Source: Stylophora pistillata
Lineage: Eukaryota
NCBI RefSeq assembly: GCF_002571385.2
Contig: NW_019217786.1
Span: 75,961 to 139,960, forward strand
DNA: 64,000 bases
Direction of reading: 5' to 3'
The notes beneath the pieces are model-generated. The model ran no database searches. It had not been told where the DNA came from and saw only the letters and a program-made list of their open reading frames with translations. Below are positions 1 through 12,300 of this stretch, in pieces; the first letter of the stretch is position 1; every line of letters begins with the position of its first letter. Position numbers and translations under genes: made by a program.

Positions 1-267
1 TTTGTAATCGTTACGGTGGCCAATTTACCATTTCAACTTTGTTGATATATCCAAGTTACATAATTTGATAGGCCTCCCTGGTTGATGGCCGTTGTAATGT
101 TTTTCTGATTTTTTAACCAAGTTGGTAAAGTTGAGAAGTACTTATTTTCAGTAAAGAAACCTTAGCATAAGCTCCCCGTAAGATTAGTTTACGCGTTTGT
201 GCGTGACGTTTTAGTGTCAAAGCGAGTTGTACCAACTTTTCTTCAAACTCGTTCTTCACTTCACCAG

Positions 268-3200
268 AGAGTACCACTTGTGTCTTCCACGCAGAGAGGT
301 AGAAGAAGTGGACAATCTTCGCGATGAGTGGGTCAAATTGATGAATCTTGCCGAAAAAGTAAGGCGATGTAATCTAATACAGCACGATGCAGCATGAAAC
401 GGCCTCAAATATGATGGTTCTCTTTGTAAGGGTCAATTAACGCGGTGCAATTTTGTCTCATGCGACTCATTCATGTGACTTACAGTCTTTATCATTTAAC
501 ACTGAATGCGGCTACAACATGTTCATATCGCAAAGTGCTACGAAGTTTTCCCTGTATACATAACAAAATTATGTCTGTTGTTTATTGTCTCGAAGTATGC
601 TCGACAATATTTACTTCATCCGTGACTAGGACCACTTAGACAAGTCTTAAAATGTTGTTTGCACACCCTAGAATCTTGAGCCTTTCGTATGCCTTTCTTT
701 CATCCAAACCTCTCTGTAAACATTTATTTAAGATCTCTTTAATTTCTTCTCTTGATTTCGTTTTATGAAAAATGTACAGGTTAGAGACGAATTATTAGTA
801 CAAAAGCGTGGGATGTTTGAACAAGAACTGGACAAAGAAGTCAAGGTAAGAGCTGAAGTACCAAGAAGGATGCGAATCCCATGCGATGATTCAAACTTAG
901 TTTCAATTTCGCGACCTGATGGCCTTCGATTGTAGCCGCACAGAACTCGTTGGCGAGATAGGCCATATACCAGGTTCATGTGCGACAAGAGTCCTGCATT
1001 CTGGTAGGATAAGGCAAACTTGAAATATGAAATAAAATTCACTTGATGTTTTTTCTACCAGGCTTTTGTAGTGAATGTAATTCAGTTCCGGAATAGCTTT
1101 GACTCTCAAGGTCCAGGGGTGCCGGGTGTGAGACCAGCTGAAGCTGTGATAAGATTGCAAGACTTTCAACAACACTATACTCAGTTTGAAGCTAAACGAA
1201 AGACACTAGATTCTGTTCAAATGCTGTTTGGGATCGTTCCTGCACCTTTTGCAGAACTGGACAAAACAGGAGAGGTTGGTTATTACATTGATAACGCTAG
1301 GATATGGTGGTAGGCAGATCAGGTATTTACAAGTATACTTAAACTTTTGTCAATAAACAGTTGTTTCGCTTCGCTGCAGAAATTCTCTTTTTTAATGATG
1401 GCCTCTAATGAGACAAGTTATTCATTAATTTTGATAACGCAGTACATGTACATGTGAAACAGCTTTTAGTAGTTCTCTATGGTGTACACAGATTCGCGGA
1501 CATAGTGTTACCACACCTTTTCTCTTTTATAGGAACTCGAACTTCTTGGTTTACTGTACGGTCTGTTCCAGCAGTTCATTTCGTTTGATCAAAGGTTGGT
1601 AGACCTATGTTAGCTTGTTAACATTGATTTGCTAGCATTGAATAAAGTTGCACACACTTGTCTCTCTTAAAAAAGGTAAGCAATAGAAATAACGCAAAAC
1701 AAAGTTTAATTGCTAAGAATTTTATTGTCAAACTTTACCTAAAGTTGCTTCTGACAAACTGTGTTTGTTCAGGTTTAGGGATACCTTGTGGTCTGAGGTG
1801 GATCTGACTGTCGCAAATCAAGAGGTATAGTGATGATAAAAACGATTTATCTTTAATTTTTAATCTAATTTATTCGCCACGGGAATAGCAGGAGAAAGGA
1901 ACAGAACTTTCGTCCCAATTGACACCTAACCCCAATTCCCAGTAGACAGGCCAGACCACATCACAGTAATCTCGTGAGTGGATTCTTTAACGTCCCCTGC
2001 CTGACCAAATTAACTAATTAATAGATGCAGGAGACGGGACCTACGGTTTATTCGTCCTTATCCGAGAAGACTAGAATCTCTATCCATTTCTTGATATTAT
2101 AGAAAGGTAGCACATTCTCCTTAGTTATTTAAAGACCTTGAGTGATGGTCCGGCCGGGGCTCGAACCCTCGACCTCCCGCACAACAGTCCGGCGCTCTAA
2201 CCAATTGAGCTAACCGGGAGGCGGTTAACTAAATTACGACCGCAAATTCATGAAATGGAAAACTTGTGGATAATTTGGTTTGCTACTGCTCCTTTCCAGC
2301 AAATCCTTAAAAGACTGCCAACAGCTGTCGTGTATTCTTGCAAAAATGAAGCAGGCCTGGGCAGTCTTACGCCCGCCCTGTTTCATTATGGGAATATAGT
2401 AAACATGTATTCGTCCTACTCGTCCCAGAATCTACATAGCACCAATGACTTAAGTGTGCACCTAGTGATCCCTATTCAAATTGGAGACGAATGTCTTTCG
2501 AGAAAACAGAATTCCAACCTCAAATTTTACTTTAGATATCAGGGTCAGGCTAAGTTTTATCACCCCTTTGGCGTGCCAACGTTGTAGGTTATCCCGGTTT
2601 CTTTGACGTGGAGCGACCAGGGGCATTGTTTCTCCTCCTGGATTGGATGATACTCCATCCCCATTAGTTTGTCCAGTTTCCGTGATATTCCGTCGGTAGC
2701 CATTTTATACTCTCAGTTGGATGGAAAGAGGCACAATCAAAATATTTTCTTGACTAAGAAAATTATCCTGGACAAAGCTGGTTTCCAGGCCTTTAAATCT
2801 GGAGTCCAGCGCTAATCATTGGGCCATCGCATCTTTCGCATATACTGGTTATGTCTTATTTTAGTTTTGCTTCATTTGTTTGTAGATGGAGCATTACTGG
2901 CAGGAGTGCCTTCGTTTGCCTCAGAGGATACAAGAGTGGGATGCGTATAAAGAAATGAGAGACGCCATAAGACATTACCTTGATGTCTTCCCCACTTTGC
3001 ACAAGCTCAATTCAAAGGTATCTACTCGAACCGTTCGCGTCCACATTTTGTGCCTCCTGGATGGTCGAGGACTAAGAACGTTCTTCAGTATACGGATAAA
3101 TGTGTAGTCTCGGCTTCTTTTTCCTTTTTTTTTTTTTTTCAGGAGAGACTCCTTCTTTAATTTTTGATTAAATATTATACTTGGTCCACCACTGATACCA

Positions 3201-6200
3201 GAAATTACACATGGTAGACACATGGTTATTATAATTCTGAACGTCACCATGATGATCGTCATGAAAGTTGTAAAGCGAAACTTTAAGTTTGTTATTGTTT
3301 TTTTTTTTTAACACATTTAATTATCACTTTTGGTACGATAACCATCATGCTCCTACTAGACTTACCCTAGCCTTTTTTTTTTTTTTTTTTTTTTTGACAT
3401 TCCCTTGTCCTCTTGAGAAGCCAGTTATTATGCAGGTTTCCTTTGAAGTGATCTTACTCGCCACAAAACAGTTTTGAAAATATCATCTCATACGCCCCAC
3501 GCGTGTACGCTTCTGTTGTTCCTTTTGTAGGAGATTCGTAATCGCCATTGGCTACAGGTGATGAGTGTAACAGGATCGTCTTTCCAGCTCGAAGCGCACA
3601 TCTTTAAACTCGTTCACTTGTTGGATATTGGATTGCTTCAGTGAGTACAATTTTTTACTGACAGGCATGAATGTCGTTTGTGACAAGAGAAAATTGAATA
3701 GATAATTTTCTGGTCGGTCGCCCATTAAAGTGAGATGTCAAATTCAGTCACAATTCGAAGGTTTAAACCAGTTTGAATTGGTGCGACCGACAGCAGTGAA
3801 AAATGAAGCTGCGGTGACAAACATTTTCTCAACATCTTTTACGTCGCACACGGCGGATTCTCGTTGCGACTTGTTCCCGAACAAATTCAAAGCAGTCTAA
3901 ATAGCAGTGAGCGACAGAGTTTTCAAGTTATCAAGAATTTTTCATGTCACACGAACCGACTTGGCGTTGCGACTTTCTCCCACGAGGCGTCGCAGCAATC
4001 TGTTGGCAAGTGTTTATCGGTTTAATCCAAGTGTTTCTTTATCTTTGTGTAGACACCAGGCAGCAATCGAGGAAATATGCCGATGCGCTAGTAGAGAACT
4101 GGAGTTGGAAGCCAAAATGAGGAGTACTGAGGAGGAGTGGACGGAGCAGGTATTTTCATTTTGTACAACTTGTTTTGTAATCGGCTAAGGACTGCTGCTA
4201 TCGTGTGAAATCATTTACGTTGGCGAGACACAACTTATCGTCGCGTATTAATGTCTTTAGACCTCAATAACGGCGCTAGGTATCATTAAGGATCACTAGA
4301 AATTTGCAAATTGTGCAAATTGTGATGGCACAGCTCTTTTAGTGACGGTGGAAAATATTTACTTACGGCCTCTCTGTCCGCAGGTTCTCAGCTTTGAAAA
4401 TTTCAAGAACAGGGGCATGGTGTGTCTGAGCCACAGTAACACTGAACATCTGTTGGACCTGTTGGAGGATGCACAGGCCACTCTTGCACTGATGCTGACG
4501 TCACGCCACATCGGACCACTCCGTGATGAGGCAGCAGCATGGGCCATCAAGTTAAAAGAAATCAGCGAGGTCTTAGAGCAGGTACGTTATTTAAGTAATA
4601 CAGAGCGTGACTTTCTGAGCTTCTGATAACAACTGCAATTAGGACTCCGAAGTTGGTGATAATCCTTCGCTTTCTTTTTGCGCTGTAGTCTCTCGTGAGA
4701 TTTAAGGAATCAAATGAGACTCGGAAGTGAGAAAGTTAATAAACATGGACTGAGCGAGGATTGTTAATGATAGGGAACAGTCACACAGTTTTCAAAGCCG
4801 CTGTACTTCTAAGAATTCAGGGAAATTAATCTTTTTATTTCCTCACGGTGATTAACATCTAATTTCTCCATACAGTATCACTGCTGATCAAAACACCTAG
4901 GTCACTAGAATAAAGGAAATGATCACGACCTTAGAAGCTCTTGATTGTTAGGCAAATTCACTCTTGTCACTACCGAAAAAAGAAATGTATATTGAGCAGT
5001 AAGGAAAACACGAAAACTGATGTAAGGGACTAAAGGCTTATGAGTAAGACGGAGACACAAGATGGGCGGAATTGGAAAAGATTTGAGCGAACAGTGTTTG
5101 AGGAAACTTTATAAGCTCCCTCATGGCTTTTGCACTTCAAGGGTGAGGTGACGCACACAATTTTAATTTCTTTGTAGTGGTTGACTGTGCAAGATTTGTG
5201 GCAACATCTCGAGGAAGTCTTCAGCCATAGTGGAGCTGCTAAGGTAAGTGCCAGCCAAGTGCTAATTAAGCACGAGTTGATCACACATAACATACGTCTC
5301 CTTTATCTGTGTAGGACCTTCCACAAGAATATAATCGGTTTGCAAGGGTAGACAAGAGCTACATGAAGATGATGAAAAGAGCGTATGAAACAAGAAATGT
5401 TTTACAGGTATTGAAGCAAGCGAGTCACTTTACAGTTTTTACTTACCAGTCAGCAACAGTACGCCGTTTCCAAATACCATATTCCATCATTTGCATTTGT
5501 TCCAATCGACAATTACTTAGATATAAATAGACTATCAGTAGTTTCAGTTTTCAAACTTTTTCAAGCAATTTTCAGTTGAGTGTCGAGAGTAATCCGGGAA
5601 TGCAGTGGTTTGGATTTACTTCTCTCAGATATTAGTCAGGGAAATTCGTGCTGCTTTCTCAACTAATCAGATGTAAAACTAAAACTGACCGAGTCCTGGT
5701 CACTCGTGTTGTCACGCGATCTGGACAGTTTGCTTGTATTCAAAGAGCCATGTTCGTGAATAGAATAGCGAGGATTGTTAGTGAAGAAAATTGCGAATTC
5801 ACTGAGCCGGTAAGGTTTGATATTGTAGAATACGAGTTCAGCGTTAGGCCCTAAGTACACTATCTGTAAGCCTTACGTTATGTGGCTCATGTACTGCAGA
5901 CATCCTTAAGTCGCGTAGCTGTCGAAATTTCCTGAGACATCTTCTTTCATCTTTCTGCCTATTTCCGATGTTTCCATGACTTCTTTTAATGTCTAGTGCT
6001 GTGTTGGTGGCGATGTTCCAAAGAGTCAAATGTTAAAACATCTAGGTGAGGAGTTGGAGATCTGTTTTAAGTCACTTGTTGGATTCCTGGACTCCAAAAG
6101 AAAGGTAAACCGAAACTTGAAATGCTGCATTATGATGCGTCACGAAAAAAAAATCGTCTTGCTCGTAGTAATTGGCATGACTGTATGATGTTCATTTGTT

Positions 6201-9200
6201 CCTTGCAGGTTTTCCCTCGCTTCTGTTTTGTAAATGACCCAGTTTTACTAGCAATTCTAAGTCAGCCCTACAGTTTGGATTCTGTGCAACCATACTTCAG
6301 GTAGGATGGGACTTGAGTAATGTCTGGTAACTATTTTCCAGTTTGTCGTGAGTTTTTAGTTCTCTCTGAGTAATACTATTCTGTGCAAAACTTGTCCATC
6401 CTAAGCCATTCCTGTTGTCTTTTGGTTTATTTTTGCTTGTTGTTAGTTATAGGATTCAGAGGGAGGATGCCGTGGGCTAGGGTTCGCCCCCTCCATCCCT
6501 CCTTCATATCAAGCCCCTTTGGCTTTTTTACTGTTATCTAAAACAAAAAACTCGTCCGACGACAGAATCGCATATTTCTACTCAACTTGAAGTATAAGAA
6601 ATTTACTCACTAAAACATTTCATATCTTGTTTAAGCTCTGGTGTTTTTTAAAAAAGTTAGTTTTATGAATCAAAACTTTGACCCTCCCCATCAAAAAATT
6701 CCAGGCTGTACCTCTGCTTGTGGTGTTAATCCATTCCGGTAAACGTTTCTTCAAAGTTTCCCTCTGATTGTAAAAAGCTTTTGAGGACTGGGCAGCTCGT
6801 TTAAGGATTACATCCCTGTGTTTACTTTGTGTTTCAATTTCTTTGGATAGATGCATCTTTAACAGTGTGCGTAATGTGATGTTGACGCAACAAGAACCAG
6901 AAACAGTTGCTCAGAAGAAGAGCTCTGCCGTTGCTGCATGGCGGAGTAGGAGTGGGAGAGCGGATTCACTCTCGCCACTTCCTCACGCTAATACATTTGG
7001 GAGTCGTTTAAGGAAGATTTCTGACATTGTGGTCCAAGCTTCGAAAGAGGGAGAAGCGGGGGTACGGAAGTCAAGTTTTTTTCCCTCGACCCTTGATGTG
7101 CGAAACGTGGAACTCGACTGGCATAGTCATCTGCCCAAGAATATTGCTGTAGCTGTAACCTCGGAACAGGGAGAAACTCTGGAACTTATCACTAAGGTGA
7201 CATCTGTAACCAGAATGAAAAATAAATAGAAATCGCAACGGGCATGGTAGATTGATAGTTAGGATACAAGTTCAGTGACAGAGTGGATGTGTTACTCTAT
7301 ACCGCCTTGAAAATAATGCCAAAAATTAACTCGAAAGCCAGTTCAGATGCTACTCGACTGGTATCACCTCGACTGGTGGTTATCATGTCAGGGTTAAAGC
7401 TGGTTACATAAATACATGAAGTGGTGTCATCAGTTCACAATTGCAGTCATTAACAATGTCCTGTAAAACATCACAAAAGAGTGGTGAAGGTAGGGAGGGA
7501 CTGAGCGTGGAACCTTGTGGAACACCGGAAGTAACTCTGTTTAAGCTGAAACTACGGGAAGGAACACAGAATGAAATAAAGAATCAAACGCTTCTTTAAA
7601 GTCAAGTAAATTAGCGGAGATTACTCTATGTCAATTGCGGTTTACTTCGCACGATAGAACTACTTCCTATCTTTCTCTTCTTGCACCCTTATCTCGATTG
7701 TATGATAATATTCAAGCGCCTGAACTGAATTGTACCGTTGTCTCAGACTTTTTCTCATCTTTGATGATTACAGGTTCCTCTTGTCTCCAGTGTTGACGTG
7801 TGGTTGGCTGCATTGTTGAAGAGTATTAACGAATCTCTGCGATCCTCCATCGTGGATTGTATTCAGGATATTGACTCAGGGCACAGTCTAGAAGAGTGGA
7901 TTTTCAAGGTTTGTTTGGGCACAATTACCAATAGCTCAATATTTTACCCGATTGATGTACGGAAAATCGTACGAGGTTATGTCCTGCTGGATGCATGCTC
8001 AAGGAACATGACTAAGACGGCCTTTGCAGAATAAATAAGAGAAACTGAACCTCACTTTATCAACGATGCTCAACTGAAAAGGAGAAGAATTAGCCATATT
8101 TATTTAAGTAGTGCTCTTAAGTGCAGTTACCCGTAAGCTACACGCACTTCTTTTTTCGCTACATGAGACGAAAGGTTGTAATGCCTCATACTATGCATTC
8201 GACTTGGCTAACGGAGAAGGGGTGACTCCAATCGTATGGTGGCTGGTGCACCTTTCACATTATTGGGCATAATACTTTCTCGCAGTTAGCTTTCCCCTCG
8301 TGGCGTCTCAATTTCTCACATCACTTTTTGTTTCTAGTACCCTTCACAGACCTGTAGATTAGGATTACTTTACATCTGGACAAAGGAATGTGAGGCTGTA
8401 AGTGTCTACGTGTTGTTGTACGTGCCCACACTATATCAAGTACACTCCCTAAGGACATGAAATAGTCTTCGAATTATGTCTTTAGAGATACGCGGGGGTT
8501 ATTGACGATGATTGGCTTAAGTTCGGAGAGAATCTATCCTAGTGAATAAATCCATCCTATATAGGCCCCATTTCTAAAGTAATATTCTCCCGTTTTCGGA
8601 GATCCTAGGATAATCTAGAGGAATCCGATCCTTTTAGATGCGATTTGCTTACGCGGAAAGGGAGACAATCTAATCGAGTGGAGGATCTCAAGCTAAGGCG
8701 GTGTTTTCAGTTGTTTAAATTAATTGCTTAGCCTAAGTGTAATGTTGGGAAAAAAAAAAATTAAGTACTGCTCGTCAGTAGAATTGGGTCAGTTCTTATA
8801 CCTTAATCTAAAAAATTGAATAGCAGCTGTCCATGAATGGATCTCAGTTGATGGTTTGTTTTCGTGTCTTTATTTGTTAGGGGATCGGAGATATTCGTAT
8901 TGACCGCAAAGCAATGCCCAACGCTTCTCGTCGGTTTTGGTCACTCATCAGCAAGCTGCCGAACCTTCTGGCCAAAGGTTCTTGGAAACACACTGACTCT
9001 CCCATGACTTCCTATCATAAGTTGCGGCTGGAGACTCTTGTCTCGGTAACTAATTTCACGATCAATCTTTACATGCAATTTGGGTCGGATTTGTGTACTG
9101 GAATGCACAATGATCTAGTGTTTATACTTTGGGTGAAAATGCTATGCACCAGCATCCCATCCAGGAGTAGAAACAACAGCCCTAGTGGCAAAATGCAAGC

Positions 9201-9395
9201 CGCAATATGCTAATTAATAACTAGTCAAGGTGGGTATTAGAGTCAGTCCTTCATAAAAACTTCACTTTCCACAGCAAGGAATGTACTTGAGAGATATTCT
9301 CGAAGACCTCGGAAGGCGCAAGCTTAGAGATGTTGTGGATTTTGAATGGAAGAGAAATATCAGGTTCTATGGAACAGACAACAGCAGAGCACCTG
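268..9395 (+). CDS. Dynein heavy chain exons 1-18 in window: end of tail and linker (DHC_N2 region)
   Basis: Exons 268-358, 780-845, 1062-1274, 1533-1594, 1773-1824, 2886-3017, 3531-3640, 4053-4149, 4384-4581, 5178-5243, 5315-5407, 5997-6104, 6209-6300, 6851-7196, 7774-7908, 8338-8397, 8881-9045, 9275-9395. All are AG/GT-flanked and phase-compatible; motifs RHW, FPRF, DFEW. Confidence 0.9.
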
Positions 9396-12300
9396 GTAAG
9401 TAAATCTTTAGCCTATTATGCTGTTTAGAGAACTTTCAAATTCGCATAAAACGCTTCTGAAGCTCAAATTGATTTGTACAGACTGGAGAAAGTAAATAAA
9501 GTATTAAATTTATTACATAAAAAGAAGAAGAGCAAGAAACTGCCCACTCTCTGTAGTAGTTTTTCTTGTCTATTAAAAGGAATGTATACTAACCATGCAC
9601 TTGAATAAGACAAATTTCTGAAGAAAATAATGAAAAACAAATACTGTAGTAGCAGTAGCATTGATCGAATTGTTTGGGTGCATAACTGAACTTTAAGGAA
9701 ACCAGGAGATATAATCTCGGCATGAAGGGAAAAGACATAAGACTAAATAATAAACGGATCAAAAATAACGAACTTGGAAAAATTTGGCCGCACTTTTCAA
9801 GATGCTGTAAGATTGTTAATTATAAAATTGAACTACAACATATTCAGTCATTGACTATGTGTGACTCTTTAGGAAGGTCACCTTTACTTGGATCATTACC
9901 TTCACTGGAAGGAGCTGTTAGTCGTGCTCCCAGTTCGGAACCTCCCAAGATTACCGCTAGTGATAAGGAACACGAGGATCTCTATATACATATGTTGGAC
10001 GCTCAGCTACCTTATGGCTTTGAGTTCTACGGCTGTGAAGATTCTCTCGCCCTGACTCCCATAACAGAGAGATGCTTTCTGAGTTTGACACAGGTGATAC
10101 GATTTGTTGGTCGGTGGAACAGTGGTATTGTCAGTGAAATATTAGTGTTTTAGTTAGGGAGCAGAATGGAGATATCTTACGATGTTGTAATCTGGGGCTT
10201 TCCTTAGGGTCGAAAGGGAGTTGTTGATAGGGGCTTTTTGTGAGCCATGTGTACCTACCGAGTTATGAAAATAAATAAGAGAGGAATGGATATACGGGAA
10301 AGTAGCTTTATTTAAGCGTTTTCTTTTTTTTCTGATTATTTTAAGGCTGTTTGGAATGTCTTTGGGGGCTCTCTTGTTGGACCAACAGGGACAGGAAAAA
10401 CTGAGACAATAAAGGTAATTTTTGCTTGCAGTTCTTACTTTTCCTTCTTAATATTGCTCCTTCCCCTGCTTTTCTTCATTCCTTGCTCCATAAATGTACA
10501 ACTATATAGTCTAAATGCCCTTTTATTACTAGTATCAGGCGATCCTGAGGAACATCTGAAGAACCATTTGGAATGTCGTGGGAAAAATGGGGAAATTCGG
10601 CATTCTTTTTTTTTAGTATTTATCATTCAAACCTATTTTTGTTTCCATAGGGTCTAGCATCTTTGCTTGGTCGTTACCTGGTGTCACAGAGTTGTTCTCC
10701 AAAGATGTCTTCAGCAGCGATAGGAAAGATCATTTTAGGTCTGGCTGAGGTGAGAAATCTGTGAACTCTTGATTTCCTTTTTCTCTTTTTTGTTTCATTG
10801 TCTTGAAGAACTGAATCTTGCTGTCTTTGTAGGAAGGTTGCTGGGGTCTGATGGACGAGTTCCACAAAATAAACATGGAATGTCTTTCAGTTATGCTGTT
10901 TGAGATCCAAGCTGTACTACTCGCCTTGAGAGGTGGACTTTCCACTTGCACTTTGGAGGATGGAAAGGATGTATGTGATTTCAATATGAACTGCAATCCT
11001 AAAGATATTAGGGATACCTTTAAAGCCGGATACGCTGTGGCCTGACGAGCAACGGGCTGGATTCTAAATGGGGAAGTCTTGATTCAATCCCGGGCCTCGG
11101 TCATTCAGTTACAGGGCCTTCCCTCTCCCCTCCCCTCTCCTCCCCTCCCCAGTGTATTAATAAGTAACAACGAACTACCAGGAAAAGGTGATAAGTTGAT
11201 GTTAAGTAACCAGCATTCCTCAGTTCATATTTCTGGTCGCTCTGTGCCACAAAAACCGGGAAAAGTTTCGGCAGTAATGTTCATTAAGTGCTCAAGGGTC
11301 TTTCGCTCAGATGACTTCGAATGTGACAATAACAAACAAGTAGTACAGGGTCTCTAGTTGAAAATACATTGTAGTTCAAAGTTGAGGAGCTACTAAGGAA
11401 ATTTCTGAAGTGTTAACTTTTTTCAAGAGCTATCTATTGACAATTTTTTTATTTTTTTCTCTTCAATGATAGGTCACAGTTCAACCCAACTTCTCCATTT
11501 TCCTGACCATTTGTTCCAATGGACAAAACTTTGAATTCCCTCCTGAAGTCCGTGCTTTGTTTCGTTCTGTTGCCATGGTGATGCCAGACACGTCTCTGAT
11601 ACTCCGGGCTCACTGCGCAGGGCAGGGTTTTAAGTCACCCAAGATTTTATCTGATCGTCTGAAGCTTGTCGGGGATGTCTGTAAGGAGCAACTGTAAGTC
11701 ATCACATGTAAAATCCCTTCAATAAATGAGCTACCCCAGTTTAAGAGTGTTTCGAAGGAGATAGTCGATACAGCCATAGAGAATATTCCCAAATCTTAGG
11801 CAGTGTTTGTTTCAAGCTAAAGCAGACAATGTTATCGGGGAAGGAAACTGGAATTGGAAACTGAACTAACCAATCAGAGGATGCGTATTATGTTCATTTA
11901 TGTTTTAACGTAACATAAGCTACGAGAAATGAGAGCGTGATAATCAAAATAATTTCTAAAGAGGTATTTCAAATGTCTCTGCTCATCTTTCTTCGACAGG
12001 AGTGGAAAGAGTCACCACAACTTCAGTCTGTCTTCTTTTGTGGGCGTCATACAACATGCTGGAAAAAGGAAAAGCTCTCAAGGACCACTGGGAAGCAAAC
12101 TTAATGCTGCACAAGCTGATTTGGCGAGACCCTCCAGTACGCAGTCAATAGCCACACAATTTGGTAAGTAAAGCTGTTAGGTCGAGAACATTGATACGAG
12201 GACGTAGCTCACGGGAAAAGGGCCTATTGCAAACCTCACGAACGATTTGACACGAAACGCTGTTGCGCGTAGAGCGGATCATGTTGAAAAGTTCTTCACT

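Noticed and set aside
2150-2226. Possible tRNA gene on the minus strand
   Set aside because: A and B boxes are present, but I see no convincing acceptor stem or Pol III terminator, and it runs into a SINE body.
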